Virus record (IMG/VR): IMGVR_UViG_3300007747_000008
Coordinates: 109,828 to 173,827 of that record
Origin: a virus
Lineage: Duplodnaviria > Heunggongvirae > Uroviricota > Caudoviricetes
Reading direction: 5' to 3' (one strand)
Length of the DNA: 64,000 bases
The position numbers were made by a program, and so were the translations under genes. Below are positions 59,481 through 64,000 of this stretch, one piece after another. The notes beneath the pieces are model-generated. The model did no database searches, was not told the origin of the DNA, and was given only the letters and a program-made list of their open reading frames with translations. How positions within the stretch are numbered: position 1 is the stretch's first letter; every line of letters starts with the position of its first letter.

Positions 59481-59699
59481 ATGCTTAAAAATACTAACAC
59501 TGAAAACACCATCGCTGATATCTCTGACTTTGATCGCACTGTGAACTACATTAAGTTCCAGCTTTCACAAGCAGAGGAAATGCTAGACCAGCATTCAGGG
59601 GCTGATGTGAAGAAGATTACTTTTGTACATCTTCTTGAGTGGAAGAATGAGCTAAAAAGCGAGCTACACGATCTAACTCGCAAAAATAAACGCAAGTAA
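59481..59699 (+). CDS. Hypothetical small protein
   Basis: ORF. Confidence 0.4.
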   Translation: MLKNTNTENTIADISDFDRTVNYIKFQLSQAEEMLDQHSGADVKKITFVHLLEWKNELKSELHDLTRKNKRK

Positions 59700-59706
59700 T
59701 ATCTTA

Positions 59707-59735
59707 GCCGTCACTTCGGTGACGGCATTTTAATT
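59707..59735 (+). terminator. Rho-independent terminator with a UUCG tetraloop
   Basis: GCCGTCAC-TTCG-GTGACGGC followed by ATTTTAATT. Confidence 0.6.
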
Positions 59736-59754
59736 AAATGCTAAAGGATACTAT

Positions 59755-59997
59755 ATGATTACTGAAGAAGTACTTAAAAGTACATACCAGCGTATTCAAG
59801 ACTTAAAGAAATTCCGTTCCGAAACATGGGACAAATGGCATGTACTTAACGACAAAGACCAGCGTACCCAACCCGAAGCTAAAGAACATAAACGTTTATT
59901 TTCGGTTATTGATCGCCTGAACTATGAAATTCGTGCTAACGAAATCTATTTCAGAGAACTGTCGAAAGACTTTATCAAACAAATTGTGGGAGGTTAA
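59755..59997 (+). CDS. Hypothetical small protein
   Basis: ORF. Confidence 0.4.
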   Translation: MITEEVLKSTYQRIQDLKKFRSETWDKWHVLNDKDQRTQPEAKEHKRLFSVIDRLNYEIRANEIYFRELSKDFIKQIVGG

Positions 59998-60010
59998 TGT
60001 GGAATTATTC

Positions 60011-60472
60011 ATGATTGGTTGTTTAGTACTGATTGGTCTATTCGGTTTGATGTTGATTGTTTCAACCGTATGCATGGGAAGTAATGTATTCATTTCCCTA
60101 CAGGTACTAATGGGTTCATTGAAGTATAGTAAAGAAGTTGATGATAAGATCCAGCTTGAACTTGGTAAGATTGATGCTGGTATGTGTGATGTGTCTGTTG
60201 ACGAACATACAATCGGTTTATATGTTAAAACTGATAAAGATGTCGATTTCAGATATCGTACACCTTATATGGAAATTTGGGTTGAAAATAAGTTTTATTC
60301 CTACGGTAACATTTACCGCATGAATGGGCAAAGTTCTTATGACTTTAAGTCAAAACGCCCTTCAATTGCAGTGATTAAACAACTCTTAGAACTACAACGC
60401 AGTAAAGGTGAAAGTACTAAGAAAATCAAAAAGAAAGATAAAAAACAAGAAAAAACTGTAATTTTGGAATAA
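60011..60472 (+). CDS. Membrane-anchored protein
   Basis: N-terminal TM helix. The start is placed at the internal ATG of the six-frame ORF. Confidence 0.45.
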   Translation: MIGCLVLIGLFGLMLIVSTVCMGSNVFISLQVLMGSLKYSKEVDDKIQLELGKIDAGMCDVSVDEHTIGLYVKTDKDVDFRYRTPYMEIWVENKFYSYGNIYRMNGQSSYDFKSKRPSIAVIKQLLELQRSKGESTKKIKKKDKKQEKTVILE

Positions 60473-60516
60473 CAAATGGGGCATATTATTGCCCAATTTT
60501 TTTAAGTGAGAAATAC

Positions 60517-61020
60517 ATGACTAATCAAGAATATATGGATGTTTTAAAAAACCATCACACCGATGATGTTAGAATAAAAACTCGTTATAATGAAAATAGT
60601 GAGATGGATATTATATACTCTGTTTCTACTAATGCTTTTTATAATAAAAATTTACATGAAGTTCCATATGTAATGAAAGCTCATTCAATTATTGAAATTC
60701 GTGATGGTAAGTTATACATGCCCGTTCCTAATATAATGGATAGAATTATTGAAGGTAAATTAACGGCAAGTGAATATTGTAATATAATAAAAGGCAATGC
60801 AGCATTAATTAAAATTGATGGTAATATGTTACCAAATCAATTCTCAGCAGATTTATTATATATTCCATACTACGATGATGAAGCTAAATCTTTTCAATGC
60901 GAGACGATGGGTGAGATTATTTTGTATAAATCACATAAGCAATACGTGGATGCCATCATGAAGACTGCCCATGAACAGTTCAATCAGGCTGCTGAAAAAA
61001 ATCTTGGGACAAACATTTAG
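60517..61020 (+). CDS. Hypothetical protein
   Basis: ORF. Confidence 0.45.
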   Translation: MTNQEYMDVLKNHHTDDVRIKTRYNENSEMDIIYSVSTNAFYNKNLHEVPYVMKAHSIIEIRDGKLYMPVPNIMDRIIEGKLTASEYCNIIKGNAALIKIDGNMLPNQFSADLLYIPYYDDEAKSFQCETMGEIILYKSHKQYVDAIMKTAHEQFNQAAEKNLGTNI

Positions 61021-61034
61021 AAATGTGATATAAT
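61006..61034 (+). promoter_or_regulatory. GGGACA-N17-TGTGATATAAT promoter
   Basis: GGGACA at 61006 and TATAAT at 61029-61034. Confidence 0.55.
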
Positions 61035-61045
61035 AAATCCATAAA

Positions 61046-61354
61046 ATGGAGAACTACAATATGGAATATTTAAACGAAGATAATTTTAAAGACCTTGATA
61101 CATTTATCACTTCGTGTGAAGATAAACAAGCAGCGATTGGTGATGTTAATGTGGTAATAGCAGCAATTGATGCGGCTGAGGTAATCCCAATTAACCATCG
61201 TGTGGTTTTAGCTGGAAACTTAAAATTTGACGATGAAGAAACGATTGAGTACTATGAAGCAGTCATTGCTCAGGGGGTAGAACTTAGCGATCATGAGACA
61301 TTTATGTACACTAAGCTACTCAATGAACAGGGGATTGTGAGTCCAAAAGAATAA
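61046..61354 (+). CDS. Hypothetical acidic protein
   Basis: ORF. Confidence 0.45.
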   Translation: MENYNMEYLNEDNFKDLDTFITSCEDKQAAIGDVNVVIAAIDAAEVIPINHRVVLAGNLKFDDEETIEYYEAVIAQGVELSDHETFMYTKLLNEQGIVSPKE

Positions 61355-61362
61355 AAATTCTT

Positions 61363-61391
61363 GGGACAAATCATTGAAAATGTGATATAAT
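61363..61391 (+). promoter_or_regulatory. GGGACA-N17-TGTGATATAAT promoter upstream of the leader and tRNA-Ser
   Basis: GGGACA at 61363 and TATAAT at 61386-61391. Confidence 0.55.
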
Positions 61392-61397
61392 ATAATT

Positions 61398-61583
61398 ACC
61401 GAAAGGTAATATAAAAACGCTGGCGAAGTGGATTCATAACAGCAAACATATAAAATCTTATGAATTTTATATCTTAGGATATATAACGCAGTGACACGCT
61501 GCGGATAATTTAAAAGTGTATGCATAGGTGAAAGATGTGTTGTACGCGGCCTATGTAGCATACATAATGAATCCAGTATTAGG
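61398..61583 (+). ncRNA. Structured leader or small RNA of about 190 nt between the promoter and tRNA-Ser
   Basis: No ORF. Hairpins TTACC-GAAA-GGTAA, ATAAAAT..ATTTTAT and CGCAG-TGACACG-CTGCG. Confidence 0.3.
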
Positions 61584-61676
61584 TAGATTGGCAGAGTCTG
61601 GCTTATTGCACCAATCTTGAAAATTGGCAGCCGTTAATAGCGGCTCGTGAGTTCAAATCTCACATCTACCTCCAAA
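61584..61676 (+). tRNA. tRNA-Ser (anticodon TGA), type II
   Basis: Acceptor GGTAGAT/ATCTACC, anticodon arm CCAAT-CTTGAAA-ATTGG, a long variable arm, T-loop TTCAAAT, and an encoded CCA. Confidence 0.8.
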
Positions 61677-61730
61677 AGAATCTTTCAGCAACTAACCTCA
61701 TCTGATTATATGAAAAAAAGGATTCTTGTT

Positions 61731-62111
61731 ATGGAGTTCGAAAGTTTTGGTAAAAAGTTAAAAAATGAAATTGATGCATTGCTAGCCGGGGAACAATCCA
61801 AGGCAACATGGTCTGATCACGGAGTTCGCCCTGCCATTATATGCAAATGGAAGATCAATGATAACATTATCGACGGTATAACTTATGCTTTTACTATATG
61901 TATTCCAATTGAACAGAAAATAATAACTTTAATATCAGAAAAATATGGCTCATATGAAGAAGAAGAGGATAAGTACACAATAGTTGACGTACCATATCCA
62001 GAAAGCGAAGAACACTACTTTCAATTAAGTACAGTTGAAGATTTGGGTTTTGATTATGAATTTTACAAATACATAATAGATGCTTTTGGTAAATTAAAAT
62101 TAAGGAAATAG
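61731..62111 (+). CDS. Member of the E-x-FFQ-x-S family
   Basis: EEHYFQLSTVEDLGFDYEFYKYI. The six-frame start at 61647 lies inside the tRNA, so the ATG with an AAGGA Shine-Dalgarno is used. Confidence 0.5.
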   Translation: MEFESFGKKLKNEIDALLAGEQSKATWSDHGVRPAIICKWKINDNIIDGITYAFTICIPIEQKIITLISEKYGSYEEEEDKYTIVDVPYPESEEHYFQLSTVEDLGFDYEFYKYIIDAFGKLKLRK

Positions 62112-62112
62112 C

Positions 62113-62361
62113 ATGAACAATAGATTAGAACAAATTACTGCGTATGCACAGGGTATTATTGATGCAACTCAAGATCTCCCTGAGCAGTACGCACAAAAGA
62201 TTGAAGAACTCATTGCTACCGTAGTATCAGTTGCAGCAATGGCTGATGGAGTCCATACACAAACCCTCAAGGCGAGTGATCTTGTTGATGGTCGTAACGA
62301 TATTGGTAATGGTATTATTGCTTATAAAGAAGGCAATGAAATCCGGCTAGCACGAGACTGA
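62113..62361 (+). CDS. Hypothetical small protein
   Basis: ORF. Confidence 0.4.
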   Translation: MNNRLEQITAYAQGIIDATQDLPEQYAQKIEELIATVVSVAAMADGVHTQTLKASDLVDGRNDIGNGIIAYKEGNEIRLARD

Positions 62362-62500
62362 GTAATACACTGGTTAAGCTCATAGGCATTCATAAAACGG
62401 GAATAAGGGTTAATAGTACCGAATGCAATCGAGTAACCCCGCAAGACCCAAAGGTGTATTACTCCCCTTTAATTTAGCACTTAATCAAGTGAGGAATAAC

Positions 62501-62758
62501 ATGTCAGTACATAAAGAATTACTCGAGAAACTTGAAGAAGTACTTGAATTGGTTAAACCTTTACCACAAGGTTACCAGTACAAAGTACGGGAATTGTGCT
62601 CTTGTATTGAAACAGTAGTTTCTATGTATGATGATGTACAGAAAGGTATTATTCCTGAAGTACTGATCAAAATGCGTGAAGAAAATACAGAAGTTATTGA
62701 ACCAGTACCGGTAAAAACCGAGAAAACTAAACTATCATTAGGTGATATTAACCTATAA
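62501..62758 (+). CDS. Hypothetical small protein
   Basis: ORF. Start chosen at the ATG preceded by a GAGGA Shine-Dalgarno. Confidence 0.4.
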   Translation: MSVHKELLEKLEEVLELVKPLPQGYQYKVRELCSCIETVVSMYDDVQKGIIPEVLIKMREENTEVIEPVPVKTEKTKLSLGDINL

Positions 62759-62899
62759 TGAATAACAAAATTTGGAATCTAACAGCAATTAAAACTTCTT
62801 ATGCGAAAATAAAATAGATTCTAGTATGAAATCCAACAGCAACTATAAACTTTTTCTGAATAAAAAAACAAAATGGATTTCAGTTTCGATTAACATGTT

Positions 62900-63340
62900 G
62901 TTGAAAGCCTAGGGGACTTTCCCCGAACCAATACACTCTGTTCGAGTCAGGGGTCATGAAAATGATTAAGGAATAGTATTATGGCAATGGAAATGGTGGT
63001 TCGATTCCACCCGCAACACCAACCAATTTGCTGATAAATGATGGCAATTTTAGAAAGTCTCATGAGCTAACAGGCGACGGCTAGTGAATGTATTATTATA
63101 ATACAAGCATGAATCACTTTCTTTAAAAGCTGGGGCGTTGGGTACAGGTTGATCACTGTACTTGGGGGTTCGAATCCTTCTATCAGTACCAAACAATGTG
63201 TGATCATAGTTTAAAGGTAAAATATTTCTACACGCGTAGAGTTAGTGGTTAAATTCCACCATCCACAATGGCGTATCGCCGTGGAGATAGTTTAATGCAA
63301 AATACTACCCTACTGAAAAGCCCACGGTTCGATTCCGTGC
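62900..63340 (+). other. Cluster of degenerate tRNA-like segments (T-arm motifs without complete cloverleaves)
   Basis: At least five GGTTCGAnTCC-type T-arm motifs lie in 440 nt with no ORF: CTCTG-TTCGAGT-CAGGG (62937), GGTGG-TTCGATT-CCACC (62996), GGGGG-TTCGAAT-CC (63163), GTGG-TTAAATT-CCAC (63245) and CACGG-TTCGATT-CCGTG (63313). Acceptor and anticodon stems could not be completed by eye. Confidence 0.35.
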
Positions 63341-63365
63341 TCACACACCTATTTCGAGAAATATT

Positions 63366-63743
63366 ATGCAAGATGATTTATTAAGGATAATTCATTCTCT
63401 TTATGAATTTAAAAGTTTGAATTTGAGTACAGTTCTTGTATTCGATGAAGTACGAGCGTCCGAAACACATTGGTGCAGGATTAGAACCACAATGGATCCT
63501 AATATTGGAATTATTGAGCCGTACATAAGATATGAAGTTGGTACATTTGGTAACGCTTACTCATTAAAAATTTTTAGTAATACAATACGTTACAAAACAC
63601 CTACTAAATTTTCTACTTATACCTTCGATAAAATTACAGTACCAGAAGATTTACAAATTGAGTTATTAAAAGGTAAATGTACTAAATCTGATGTAGAACT
63701 TATACAATTTATAATCAAACTGGCATACGATCCTAAACTATGA
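63366..63743 (+). CDS. Hypothetical protein
   Basis: ORF. Confidence 0.45.
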   Translation: MQDDLLRIIHSLYEFKSLNLSTVLVFDEVRASETHWCRIRTTMDPNIGIIEPYIRYEVGTFGNAYSLKIFSNTIRYKTPTKFSTYTFDKITVPEDLQIELLKGKCTKSDVELIQFIIKLAYDPKL

Positions 63744-64000
63744 AAAATAATGATAAACTTCACAAAGAAATTCAAAGAATTAAAGATGTAGTACTACAAG
63801 GTGAATTCTCTAATGAACCTTTAATTTTTATATATGTTCAAACATATGATGAAGATGATGATTACCAAGAAATCGTTGATACCGACCAGTACATGAAAGA
63901 ATACTGTTCAACCCTAAATGGGCAAGTGAATATTTTTGCAGGAGACTTCCGTTTCCGATATAATCCACTTGATGAATCAGTTACTGTGTATCCTATTTTT
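63740..64000 (+). CDS. Hypothetical protein, 3'-truncated at the window edge
   Basis: ORF (MKNNDKLHKEIQRIKDV...) still open at the end of the window. ATGA overlap with the upstream gene. Confidence 0.4.
   Translation, partial: MKNNDKLHKEIQRIKDVVLQGEFSNEPLIFIYVQTYDEDDDYQEIVDTDQYMKEYCSTLNGQVNIFAGDFRFRYNPLDESVTVYPIF

Overview
This window looks like a contiguous stretch of a large, AT-rich virulent phage with a T4-like gene complement, judged from gene content alone. Almost all genes are on the + strand. Nothing here was searched against databases; every similarity call is from reading the translations and sequence.

Nucleotides 1 to about 26 kb are a conserved nucleotide-metabolism and replication block. 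It holds nrdA (5'-truncated at the window edge) and an nrdB gene split by a ~1.06-kb group I intron that carries a GIY-YIG homing endonuclease. It also holds a MazG-like NTP pyrophosphohydrolase, frd (DHFR), an RNase HI-type rnh, the Dda helicase, topoisomerase II subunits 39 and 52, a GroES-like gp31, clamp-loader gp44 and a HAD-family nucleotidase. Less usual passengers here are a full-length IF3 (infC) homologue, a ClpS-domain protein, a KTSC-domain protein, two giant paralogous HExxH proteins and a DnaE-like fragment ORF. The gene 39 homologue is interrupted by a frame break inside the transducer domain. That could be a programmed -1 shift, a genuine split gene or a homopolymer sequencing error.

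Nucleotides 26 to 64 kb are a hyperplastic accessory region. It is packed with small ORFs, at least 11 copies of one promoter (GGGACA, 17-bp spacer, TGaTATAAT) and a second promoter class (TTGAC[AG]-17-TATAAT, often inside inverted repeats). Many hairpin-plus-T-run terminators are present, three of them with UUCG tetraloops. There are four canonical tRNAs (Ser-like, Thr, Arg, Ser) and several non-canonical tRNA-like elements that lack an anticodon arm. A protein family of at least 8 copies shares a C-terminal E-x-FFQ-x-S motif, and two PTH2-type peptidyl-tRNA hydrolase genes are present. A membrane set comprises TelA-like, LemA-like and SPFH lipoprotein genes.

The most notable locus is 35.8 to 38.4 kb. 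A NADAR/YbiA-like gene and an ADP-ribosylglycohydrolase gene flank a GC-rich, structured ncRNA of about 420 nt of unknown family, bounded by its own promoter and terminator. I interpret this as a candidate ADP-ribosylation-reversal module of possible anti-defence function.
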